DNA from: Macrostomum lignano
Lineage: Eukaryota
Assembly (NCBI GenBank): GCA_002269645.1
Contig: NIVC01000341.1
Location: 62,001-126,000, forward strand
Direction: 5' to 3'
DNA: 64,000 nt
Under the pieces are notes generated by a model, which saw only the letters and a list, made by a program, of their open reading frames with translations, did no database searches and was not told the origin of the DNA. Positions 13,547 through 25,900 of the stretch are shown one piece after another (position 1 is the stretch's first letter; every line of letters begins with the position of its first letter). The translations under genes and the position numbers were made by a program.

Positions 13547-16500
13547 GACTCTTGTCACAATTTGTGCCATTTCTGTTTTCTGAGGAGAAAAGTTCATATT
13601 CTTATTAGTATTGTACTTATAAATAGTGTGGAATAAAAGTACTTTTTTGTTCTCTTTATATCAGAGTTGGTGGCAACTCTTATGTGTGTGGGCTCTCGGA
13701 AGTTAGCATCAAGTTTGAGCATTTTATGTCACTGTCGGCGTTCTCTGTTCGAGTTGTCGGCCGGCTTTTGGCTCCATTTTTATCGTGCTTTGATGAGTAG
13801 ATCTACCAACTCATGATGGCCATTTTGTGATTCTCGTCACAATTTGATCCATTTAAATCTGTTTTGATTTTTCATTAATCACTGTGGGATAAATGTACTT
13901 TTGTTCACTTTTTACGTCAGAGTGTACAGCTTCTCTTTGATGTGTGCCGTCTCGCTGACACCTGTTTCACAGTTGCACAGCCTGGCTACTACTTGCAAGT
14001 GCCCATTCTGTGCTGCCTTCACTGCGGTGTCGGGGCATGGAGAAGCTGCTTGAGTTCGTCAGCTCTCATTCAAACTCAAATCTGAAACCGTGTGTAATGT
14101 TTTAGTTTTGCATCTTATCCAACTCAATCATGGCTGTTGAACAAAATTATTTGTTTGTCTCACTGTTCTCAGTGAGAATTTGTGGGACATCCAAGTGGGA
14201 TCTGTCACTGTGCTTTGATGCGACAACTTTCTCACGTGGTGTGCTCACGGCAGTAACACGGGCTGTTGCTGCAATTGATGTCTCTGACGCCATTCAGCAC
14301 TCTGCCACCAAATTGACTTTATTGATTTATTGTGCTTTGATCAGCCTGCTCACGACTTTATGATGACCATTCTTTGCTTCTCATCCTGTGCTAGGCTGCT
14401 TTGTAATATTGTAATATTGTAAATAACAGGTTATTTTCCTATTATCTTCTGCTTACAAGATACAAAGACTTTAAAACGCGCTGGCCTCCAATGACCCTAT
14501 TATTAGTGTAAGGCTCGCGTCTCAGAATTCGCCGTACCGGAAAGTTTTCAAGGCAGTGTATTTTATAGCCAACCAGAAAGCATCCTCCCCCTCCAAAGCA
14601 GTTGCTGCGAGTCTTCTGTGTCACGCGTTCGCAGGCTGCTGGCTTGGCCTTCAAACCTCAGCTTTGTTATTTGTCCTTTAGTCTAGAGCTGGTCTGCCTG
14701 GATAGCCCCAGTCAAAATGAAAGGAGGCCGTTGTTTTTTCGCTTCGATGTAAGCACTTTTCCAGTCATAAATCATGAGTAGTGTGGGATAAAAGTATTTT
14801 TCACACTTTATGTTGAGAGTCGGCGGCATTTCTTTGATTTGTGCCGCCTCGCTGACACCTGTTGCACAGTTGTACAGTCTGGCTACAACTTGCAAGTGTC
14901 CTTTCTCTGCTGCATTTACTGCGTTATGGCAGCAGCTAAAAGGTGCCGAGTTCCTGCTTTTTTAGTTTTGAAACGTGTAAACTGCTTCACTTCTTTTTAA
15001 CAGCTACAATTAGATAAGAAATGGATGTAATGACCATTGTGTGGGATTTAATATTTTCACCTGCAGTGCGGTTTTCTGTTGCGCACCTGTTGCATTCTGT
15101 GACTTCACTAGATAATAATTTATGCGATTCTCATGGTGAACATGATCCACTGCATGCTGGGAAGCGACAGCTTCTCAACTCATTCTGTTAGCAGAAGTAG
15201 CATCGCATTTGAGCTCTTGATGTCCCTGTCGGCGGCCTCTCTGAGGTTATGGCCGGCATTTTGACTCCGTTTCTATCGTGCTTTGATGAGTCGATCTACC
15301 ACCTCATGATGGCCATTTTGTGATTCTTGTCACAGTTTGCCCTTTTAGTATTTTCAAGCGAAAAGTTTCTGTTGTAATTAAATTTGTTATGAATACTGTG
15401 GGATAAATGTACTTTTACTTTTTTGTCTGTCGGCGGCATCTTTGATGTGTGCCGCCTTGCTGTTACCTGTTGCACAGTTGCACAGCCTGGCTACAACTTG
15501 CAAGTGTCCTTTCTGTGCTGCCTTCACTGCGGTTTTGGAGCATGGAGAAGCTGCTTGAGTTCGTCAGCTCTCATTCAAACTCAAATTTGAAACCGTGTGT
15601 AATATGTTTTAGTTTTGCATCTTATCCACCTCAATCATGGCTGTTGAACAAAATTCTTTGTTTGTCTCACTGTTCTCAGTGAGAATTTGTGAGATATCCA
15701 AGTGGGATCTATCACTGTGCTTTGATGCGACAACTTTCTCACGTGGTGTGCTCACGGCAGTAACACGGGGTGTTGCTGCAATTGGTGTCTCTGACGCCAT
15801 TCAGCACCCTGCCACCAAATTGACTTTATTTATTTATTGTGCTTTAATCAGCCTGCTCACGACTTTATGATGACCATTCTGTGCTTCTCATCCTGTGCTA
15901 GGCTGCTTTGCAGATGGGATGGGAGGCGCAGCAGCAAAGGTTCCTCCCTTTTTGTTGCCGTTAAGTTCTGTTAATATTGCACGTATAATTGTGTGGGTTA
16001 AAAGTATTTTTTGTTCTCTTTATGTCAGGGTTGGTGGCAACTCTTTTATGTGTGTGGCCTCTCGGAAGTTAGCATCAAGTTTGAGCATTTTATGTCACTG
16101 TCGGCGTTCTCTGTTTGAGTTGTCGGCCGGCATTTGGCTCCATTTTCATCGTGCTTTGATGAGTAGATCTACCACCTCATGATGGCTATTTTGTGGTTTT
16201 TGTCACCATTTTTTCATTTCCGTTCTTTGAAAGGAAATGTTTTTTGAAATGATTTTGTAGTTTTAAGTGTGGGGTAAAAGTACTTCACTTGTTATGGAAG
16301 AATCTGTGGCGTCTCTTTGATGTGTGCCGTCTTGCTGACACCTTTAGCAGTGTTGTGTAGCTTTCATTGCGCTAAATACTGCTTGTGTATCGGATTCTTG
16401 AAGTAAATAAATAAGCAACAGTAAATATGACAAAATAACAATAATGATATTAAAATAATCTTCTTATTTTCCATACTTATTTGCCCTCATGCTTCTCTGT

Positions 16501-17254
16501 CTGCAATGTAGTTTAAAGGTATATTTTAAGTTTGGCTATTCACTTATATACCTTTGGTATATCAAAATATTGTAGTGTTCAAGTTTGACTTAAATTTAAG
16601 CTGTTATCAGATACAGACACTGTTCACAGTGCCAGTGTGCCTGTGCGAGACCCCAGTCCTGTGCTTAACTCTTAATATTAATGAGCTGTTCTTAGGATGC
16701 TCAGCCTTTTAATGCCATTAAAACGCAGATTGCCGGTTAAATTAGTAAATTTTACTGATTCATTTAAATCACTAAATTTTGCTTTTCTGAATGAGTCACA
16801 GCCGTCTCAACGGCTGGCTGTAAGCGGAATCGAGCTCAGGACATTTGAGCAGTAAAGACCTCTTGTGAACGGAACTGGTTTTTAGTGGTTTAAAACTGCC
16901 ACTTTGTTAAAGTTTGACTATCCAACCATTTTAGGTCAAGGTACTGAACTCGCTACTCACTATTGAGGTCATAAGTAGCAAACTGTAAAATGAAACATAT
17001 AACAACATTCAGAATAAGCTGCGAAAATGTCATCCAAAGACAATTATAAAAATCTTTAGGAAAAACCTCTGATTGTAAACATGATTTTACCGAACTGGTC
17101 ATGCTTTTTCATTTTTGTCAGACCAAACTTACTGTGCTTTGAGACGTTCGGCTTTTCAACCCATTCTGATTAACAGAAGTAGCATCAAGTTTGAGCTTTT
17201 GATGTCCCTGTCGGTGGCCTCTGAGGTTATGGCCGGCATTTTGGCTCCATTTTT

Positions 17255-17813
17255 ATTGTGCTTTGATAAGTAGATCTACCACCTCATGATGGCCATTTTG
17301 TATCGTGCCTTGATAAGTAGATCTACCACCTCATGATGGCCATTTTGTATCGTGCTTTGATTAGTAGATCTACCACCTCATGATGGCCATTTTGTATCGT
17401 GCTTTGATGAGTAGATCTACCACCTCATGATGGCCATTTTGTATTGTGCTTTGATGAGTCGATCTACCACCTCATGATGGCCATTTTGTATTGTGCTTTG
17501 ATGAGTAGATCTAGCACCTCATGATGGCCATTTTGTATTGTGCTTTGATGAGTCGATCTACCACCTCATGATGGCCATTTTGTATTGTGCTTTGATGAGT
17601 CGATCTACCACCTCATGATGGCCATTTTGTATCGTGCTTTGATGAGTCGATCTACCACCTCATGATGGCCATTTTGTGCTTTGATAAGTAGATCTACCAC
17701 CTCATGATGGCCATTTTGCATCGTGCTTTGATAAGTAGATCTACTACCTCATGATGGCCATTTTGTATTGTGCTTTGATGAGTCGATCTACCACCTCATG
17801 ATTGCCATTTTGT
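17255..17813. repeat. 47-bp minisatellite, 12 copies (one with a 5-bp deletion)
   Basis: Same unit; 559 bp = 11 x 47 + 42. Confidence 0.93.
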
Positions 17814-19030
17814 GATTCTTGTCACAGTTTGTGCCATTTCAGTTTCTGAAGTTAAAAGTTGTTATAATTAGTATTGTATTTATAAATAGTGTGGGATAAA
17901 AGTACTTTGCTCACTTTTCATGTCAGGGTCGGCGGCATGTCTTTGATGTGTGCCGTCTCGCTGACACCTGTTGCACAGTTGCACAGCCTGGCTACAACTT
18001 GCAAGTGTCCTTTCTGTGCTGCCTTCACTGCGGTTTTGGAGCACGGAGAAGCTGCTTGAGTTCGTCAGCTCTCATTCAAACTAATATCGTAAACTGTGTG
18101 TATTTCCATGTTTAGTTTTCCATCTTATCCATCTCAATCATTGCTGTTGAACAAAATTCTTTGTTTGTCTCACTGTTCTCAGTGAGAATTTGTGGGATAT
18201 CCAAGTGGGATCTGTCACTAAGCTGGGATGCGACAGCTTTCTCACGTGGTGTGCTCACGGCAGTAACACGGGCTGTTGCTGCAATTGATGTCTCTGACGC
18301 CATTCAGCACTCTGCCACCAAATTGACTTTATTGATTTATTGTGCTTTGATCAGCCTGCTCACGACTTTATGATGACCATTCTGTGCTTCTCATCCTGTG
18401 CTAGGCTGCTTTGCAGATGGGATGGGAGGCGCAGCAGCAAAGGTTCCTGCCTTTTTGTTGCAGTTCAGTTCTGTTAATATTGCAAGTATAATTAGTGTGG
18501 GATAAAAGCACTTTTTGTTCTCTTTATATCAGGGTTGGTGGCAACTCCTTTATATGTTTGGGCTCTCGGAAGTTAGCATCAAGTTTGAGCATTTTATGTC
18601 ACTGTCGGCGTTCTCTGTTTGAGTTGTCGGCCGGCATTTGGCTCCATTTTCATCGTGCTTTGATGAGTAGATCTACCACCTCATGATGGCTATTTTGTGG
18701 TTCCTTTCACAATTCACAGTTTGTTCCATTGTTAAAGTTTTTGCTTGTTCATGTAATAACTGTGGGATAAATGTACTTTTGTTCGCTTTTTATGTCATAG
18801 TGTACGGCTTCTCTTTGAGTGTTCGGCCTGCATTTTGACTCTATCGATTTTTTGCGCTTTAAGCTGATCGAGTCGTTCTTTAAGTTCAATTTATTAGCTA
18901 GTAAGAAAACTGTTAGCAGTTTATGAAATAGAACTATTAGTAAAATAAAACTTGATTGATTTATTGACTCTATTTTAGTGAGACGCCTATGGGGCAGAGA
19001 CTGAGCTTCCTTTCAAACATTCTCGACAGG

Positions 19031-19794
19031 ATGACAGTCGCCCATTCCAGATATCCCTCTAGGGCAGTGACAGTCCCCCTTTCCAAACTCCTCTAGGGCA
19101 GTGACAGTCCCCAATTCCAGATACCCCTCTAGGGCAGTGACAGTCCCCAATTCCAAACCCCTCTAGGGCAGTGACAGTCCCCAATTACAAATCCCTCTAG
19201 GGCAGTGACAGTCCCCAATTCCAGATACCCCTCTAGGGCAGTGACAGTCCCCAATTCCAGATACCCCTCTAGGGCAGTGACAGTCGCCAATTACAAACCC
19301 CTCTAGGGCAGTGACAGTCCCCAATTACAAACCCCTCTAGGGCAGTGACAGTCCCCAATTACAAACCCCTCTAGGGCAGTGACAGTCCCCAATTACAAAC
19401 CCCTCTAGGGCAGTGACAGTCCCCAATTACAAACCCCTCTAGGGCAGTGACAGTCGCCAATTACAAACCCCTCTAGGGCAGTGACAGTCCCCAATTACAA
19501 ACCCCTCTAGGGCAGTGACAGTCCCCAATTACAAACCCCTCTAGGGCAGTGACAGTCCCCAATTACAAACCCCTCTAGGGCAGTGACAGTCCCCAATTAC
19601 AAACCCCTCTAGGGCAGTGACAGTCCCCAATTACAAACCCCTCTAGGGCAGTGACAGTCCCCAATTACAAACCCCTCTAGGGCAGTGACAGTCCCCAATT
19701 ACGAACCCCGCTAGGGCAGTGACAGTCCTCCATTACAAACCCCTCTAGGGCAGTGACAGTCCCTAATTCCAGATACCCCTCTAGGGCAGTGACA
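19031..19794. repeat. 34/36-bp minisatellite upstream of DHX16
   Basis: Unit ccctctagggcagtgacagtccccaattacaaac, ~22 copies. Confidence 0.95.
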
Positions 19795-19905
19795 GGTCCT
19801 TAGTTCAATAATCTTTTAAAATGGAACATCAACGAGAACTGTATTTGTACCTTTTATGAATAGAAAGCCTCTAGGTGAAGTTCTCAGCTGACTGTTCACT
19901 CAACT

Positions 19906-22900
19906 ATGTCGTCATCCTTTCACGGTGGCGGCGGTGGTGGTCGACAATTTCGTCGACCAACAGGCGGCCGTTGTGGCGGCAACGACGCCGACACTGACGT
20001 GTCAAACGACAGCTCAGACGGCGATGACGTCCGACCGTCGTTGAAGAAGCCGGCGACGTCGATTGCGAAAAAGACAAAGAAGGTCGTTGCCGACAACGAC
20101 GACGACGGCGAAGACGCTTTTGAACGAGAGGAGCAGCTTCGTCAGGCCGACCTGCGCGAACGCGACGCATTTTCTAAGCGCGTGCTCGAAAGAGAACGCG
20201 ATCGCACCAGGCGAGTTGGCGAGTCCCGTTCAGCCAGGGCCGCCGCCGCGGCGGCCGCTGATCGACGTGCGGCCTCTTCGGCTGCTTTGTCAGACTTTGA
20301 TAAAAATGCTCAACTGCGCGAGTTGCGAACCAAATCGCGTAGGGAATATTTGAATAAGCGTAAATACGATAAGCTGCAGGATTTGGAACAGGTTGGTCCG
20401 CTTTGAGTGTGCATATAGAGACGATTTATTAGTTTTGGAGTGACCTTTCTAGAGTGACTCTAGGTTTTAGAGTACTATTTAAGTGCTAGAGTGACGCTTG
20501 GAGTGCTAGAGTGACGCTTGGAGTGCTAGAGTGACGCTTGGAGTGCTAGAGTGACGCTTGGAGTGCTAGAGTGACGCTTGGAGTGCTATAGTGATGCTTG
20601 GAGTGCTAAAGTGACGCTTGGAGTGCTAGAGTGATGCTTGGAGTGCTAAAGTGACGCTCAGAGTGCTAGGGTGACGCTTGGAGTGCTAGAGTGATGCTTG
20701 GAGTGCTAAAGTGACGCTTGGAGTGCTAAAGTGACGCTCAGAGTGCTAGAGTGACGCTTGGAGTGCTAGAGTGACGCTTGGAGTGCTATAGTGATGCTTG
20801 GAGTGCTAGAGTGACGCTCAGAGTGCTAGGGTGACGCTTGGAGTGCTAGAGTGACGCTCAGAGTGCTAGGGTGACGCTTGGAGTGCTAGAGTGACGCTCA
20901 GAGTGCTAGGGTGACGCTTGGAGTGCTAGAGTGACGCTTGGAGTGCTATAGTGATGCTTGGAGTGCTAAAGTGACGCTTGAAGTGCTAGAGTGATGCTTG
21001 GAGTGCTAGAGTGACGCTTGGAGTGCTAGAGTGATGCTTGGAGTGCTAGAGTGATTCTTGGAGTGCTAAAGTGACGCTTGGAGTGCTAGAGTGATGCTTG
21101 GAGTGCTAAAGTGACGCTCAGAGTGCTAGAGTGACGCTTGGAGTGCTAGAGTGATGCTTGGAGTGCTAAAGTGACGCTTGGAGTGCTAGAGTGATGCTTG
21201 GAGTGCTAGGGTGATGCTTGGAGTGCTAAAGTGACGCTTGGAGTGCTAGAGTGATGCTTGGAGTGCTAGGGTGATGCTTGGAGTGCTAGGGTGACGCTCA
21301 GAGTGCTAGGGTGACGCTCAGAGTGCTAGGGTGACGCTTGGAGTGCTAGAGTGACGTTCAGAGTGCTAGAGTGACGCTCAGAGTGCTAGAGTGACGCTCA
21401 GAGTGCTAATGTGACGCTCAGAGTGCTAGAGTGACGCTCAGAGTGCTAGGGTGACGCTCAGAGTGCTAATGTGACGCTCAGAGTGCTAGTGTGACGCTCA
21501 GAGTGCTAGGGTGACGCTTGGAGTGCTAGGGTGACGCTTGGTGTGCTAGAGTGACGCTCAGAGTGCTAGGGTGACGCTTGGAGTGCTAGAGTGACCACTT
21601 TTTAGCATATGAGTTGTAATTTACTTCTATTATGTCGCGTGTTAATGTAATGTTTAATCGCATTTTTTAATTTACCAGGAGGTGCTCGACGAGGACGCCC
21701 TATTCGACGAGGAGGAGCTGACTGAGCGCGAGCGGCATCAGAAGCGATCCAAGCAGCAGATTCTGCAGGTGGCCAAAGCCCACGTTGCCGCTGGTGAAGA
21801 GCAGAAGGTCGATAAGTACTTTATTCCATCCAAGGATCGTCAGGTAATTGTCGTGTTTTCCCATTTTTTGTACACTTGCTTTTTAATTGTCTCCCTTACC
21901 ATGAATGGCCTTGATGGTTGAATAATCCTCATGATGGGATTCCAAACTTAAAATAATCCCATAGTGGGATTTCGAACAGGAATAATCCCCATGATGGGAA
22001 TCCGAACAGGAATAATCCCCATGATGGGAATCCGAACAGGAATAATCCCCATGATGGGAATCCGAACAGGAATAATCCCCATGATGGGAATCCGAACAGG
22101 AATAATCCCCATGATGGGAATCCGAACAGGAATAATCCCCATGATGGGAATCCGAACAGGAATAATCCCCATGATGGGAATCCGAACAGGAATAATCCCC
22201 ATGATGGGAATCCGAACAGGAATAATCCCCATGATGGAAATCCGAACAGGAATAATCCCCATGATGGGAATCCGAACAGGAATAATCCCCATGATGGGAA
22301 TCCGAACAGGAATAATCCCCATGATGGGAATCCGAACAGGAATAATCCCCATGATGGGAATCCGAACAGGAATAATCCCCATGATGGGAATCCGAACAGG
22401 AATAATCCCCATGATGGGAATCCGAACTCAAATAATCCCCATGATGGGATTCCAGACTTGAATAATCTCTATTACAAAATTCGTACAACTCAAGTATTTG
22501 CTCCAATTGTCTCAAACCGCTCAGATTGAAGACCGCTACCTGGAGGACGAGCATGAGAAAGGTCCCCATGGCGAGCAGAAACGCTGGGAGACCGAGCACC
22601 TGGCCGCTGCCACCTTCTCCGTCGGTGCTCGCGACGCCAGAAAAGTCGCCAAAGCCAAAGACGACGACGAATATGGCGGCTATCTGCTGGACGACGAGAT
22701 CGATTTTGTTCGAGCGGTTACTATGCGCGGCAGTCAGGATCAACAGAATGAGGACAGTGAGGGAGGCAAGTCTCAACTGACCGAGGCGCAGAAGCGGCGG
22801 CTGACGCTGCAGGAGACGCGGCAGAGCCTGCCGGTGTATCCGTTTCGCGACGATCTGTTGAAAGCGATCGAGACTAACCAGGTTTGCAGTGGGAAATTAG

Positions 22901-25900
22901 AAGAACCTCTAATCTTCAAATTCACTTCGATAATCGCCCCAAAATCACCACGACAATCGCTCCCACAATCGTCCCGATAATCGCCCCAACAACCCCAACA
23001 ATCGCCCCGATAATCGCCCTGATAATCGCCTTAACAATCGCCCCGATAATCGCCCCAACAACTCCAACAATCGCCCCGATAATCGCCCCAACAACCCCAA
23101 TAATCGCCCCGATAATCGCCCAGATAATCGCCTTAACAATCTCCCCGATAATCGCCCCAACAACCCCAACAATCGCCCCGATAATCGCCCCAACAACCCC
23201 AATAATCACCCCGATAATCGCCCCAACAATCGCCCTGATAATCGCCTTAACAAGCGCCCCGATAATCGCCCCAACAATCACCACGATAATCGCCCCAACA
23301 ATCGCCGCGATAATCGCCCCAACAATCGCCCTGATAATCGCCCCAACAATCACCACGATAATCGCCCCAACAATCACCACGATAATCGCCCCAAAATCGC
23401 CCCCCTCTGCCACGCGCAGGTGCTAATTATCGAGGGCGAGACGGGCAGCGGCAAGTCCACGCAGATACCGCAGTACCTATACGAGGCCGGCTATTGTCGC
23501 GACGGTAAAAAGATTGGCTGCACCCAGCCTCGCCGCGTAGCCGCCATGTCAGTAGCCGCTCGCGTAGCCCAAGAGATGGGCGTGAAGCTTGGCAACGAGG
23601 TTGGCTACAGCATCCGATTCGAGGACTGCACCAGCGATCGAACCGTGGTCAAGTACATGACAGACGGCATGCTGCTGCGCGAATTCCTAACCGAGCCGGA
23701 TCTGGGCTCCTATAGCGTTATGATTATTGACGAGGCGCACGAGCGGACTCTGCACACTGATGTACTTTTCGGTTTAGTAAAAGACATTGCCAGATTCCGG
23801 CCCGAGCTCAAACTATTGATTAGTTCGGCCACTTTGGACGCCGAGAAATTCTCTACATTCTTTGACGATGCGAATATCTTTCGCATACCTGGCCGGCGGT
23901 ACAATGTTGATATCTACTATACGAAAGCGCCCGAGTCTGATTACGTTGACGCCGCTGTAGTGTCGGTGCTGCAGATCCATCTCACCCAGCCTCTGCCTGG
24001 CGATATTCTAGTATTCCTCACTGGCCAAGAAGAGATTGAAACTGCCGAAGAGATTCTCAAAGAGAAAACTCGAAGATTGGGTTCGAAAATGCGCGAACTG
24101 ATCATAACGCCAATCTATTCCACTCTGCCCTCGGATATGCAAGGCAAAATATTTGAGCCGACTCCGCCTAACGCTAGGAAGGTTGTTATTGGTACTAATA
24201 TTGCCGAGACTTCGCTTACTATTGACGGCATTGTGTACGTCATCGATACTGGATATAGCAAGGTGATTATTGATTTTTATCTTTTGCGTCTGCGCTATGG
24301 TAGATATGAGCTAGCTGTATTCTTTATAGACACTCAATTAGTAATTATGTTTAGATCTATCGGTATATTTATTGATTAGATTAATCAGTGGATGGATTAA
24401 TCGGTAGATGAATAGATGAATCGGTAGATAGATTGATGAATCAGTATATAGATGGATGAATTGGTAGATAGATTGATGAATCGGTAGATAGATGAACGAA
24501 TCTGTAAATGGACGGATCTATCTACCGATTGATCACTAGGCAGGTAGACCACTAGGCAGGTAGATCACTAGGCAGGTAGATCACTAGACAGGTAGACCAC
24601 TAGGCAGGTAGATCACTAGGCAGGTAGATCACTAGGCAGGTAGATCACAAGGCAGGTAGATCACTAGGCCGGTAGATCACTAGGCAAGTAGATCACTAGG
24701 CAGGTAGATCACTAGGCAAGTAGATCACAAGGCAGGTAGATCACTAGGCAGGTAGATCACAAGGCAGGTAGATCACAAGGCAGGTAGATCACTAGGCCGG
24801 TAGATCACTAGGCAAGTAGATCACTAGGCAGGTAGATCACTAGGCAAGTAGATCACTAGGCAGGTAGATCACAAGGCAGGTAGATCACAAGGCAGGTAGA
24901 TCACAAGGCAGGTAGATCACAAGGCAGGTAGATCACTAAGCAGATCACTAGGCAGATCACTAGGTAGGTCACGATACACACCATTGCCCCACCCCGCCAA
25001 CCCAGGTGAAGTCGTACAACGCCCGCACGGGCATGGAGTCGCTGCTAGTGCAGCCAATATCCAAGGCTGGCGCAGACCAGCGCGCCGGCCGGGCCGGCCG
25101 AGTCAGGGACGGCAAATGTTTCCGCTTGTACACGGCCTGGACCTACAAGCACGAGCTGGAGAGCCAGCCAGTCCCGGAGATCCAGCGAACTAATCTAGGC
25201 AACGTTGTCCTATTATTGAAGTCTCTTGGCATCAATGATTTATTGCACTTCGATTTCATGGACCCGCCGCCGAATGACACTCTGGTGATGGCGCTGGAGC
25301 AGCTGTACGCGCTGGGCGCGCTCAATCACAAAGGCGAGCTGACTAAACTGGGTAGGCGAATGGCCGAGTTGCCGTGCGATCCCATGCTATCGAAAATGAT
25401 TCTGGCATCGGAGAAGTACAAATGCTCTGACGAGATTATCACCATAGCGGCAATGCTGTCAGTTAATAATGCGATATTCTATCGGCCTAAGGACAAGGCA
25501 ATACATGCCGACACGGCTAGGAAGAGTTTCTACAGGCCAGGCGGCGACCATCTCACTCTGTTGAACGTGTTCAACCAGTGGAAATTGGCTAACTATTCCG
25601 TTCAATGGTGCTACGAAAATTTTATTCAGCACAGATCGATGAAACGGGCCAGAGATATTCGAGATCAATTTGAAGGCCTGTTGGAACGCGTTGAAGTTGA
25701 TTTAGTCTCCTGCAATAGCGACTCGGTGCCTATTCGCAAGGCTATTACTGCTGGATTCTTTTATCACACTGCCAAGTTTAGCAGGGACGGCTACCGGACT
25801 GTGAAGCATCAGCACACTGTGCAGGTGCGTGCTGTGCTCAAGGGAGGGGTATCTGAGCCTGCTCAAGCTTTAGAGAGGGTATCTGAGCCTGGTCAAGCTT

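Larger units (their letters stand above)
500..18870 (-). pseudogene. Mosaic array of degenerate ankyrin-repeat coding fragments with no intact ORF
   Basis: Minus-strand translations recur throughout: SQNGHHEVVDLLIKAQ (e.g. 1021-1067), AQNGHHKVVSRLIKAQ (12574-12625), AAQKGHLQVVARL (e.g. 1760-1800) and ADSDIKS/ADRDIKS. These match the ankyrin consensus AAxNGHxEVVxLLLxxGADxNxKD. The fragments are interrupted by stops, frameshifts and AT-rich spacers. Confidence 0.75.

Noticed and set aside
3234-17813. 47-bp arrays as CRISPR arrays
   Set aside because: Units are head-to-tail with no unique spacers, the context is eukaryotic, and no cas genes are present.
500-18870. Functional micro-exon ankyrin gene on the minus strand
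   Set aside because: Donor-like gtaagt/gtaggt follows some ..KA-ca ends (e.g. ~3105, ~7455, ~17130), but most copies have ataaa instead, acceptors with compatible phase are missing, and the tandem unit is not a multiple of 3.
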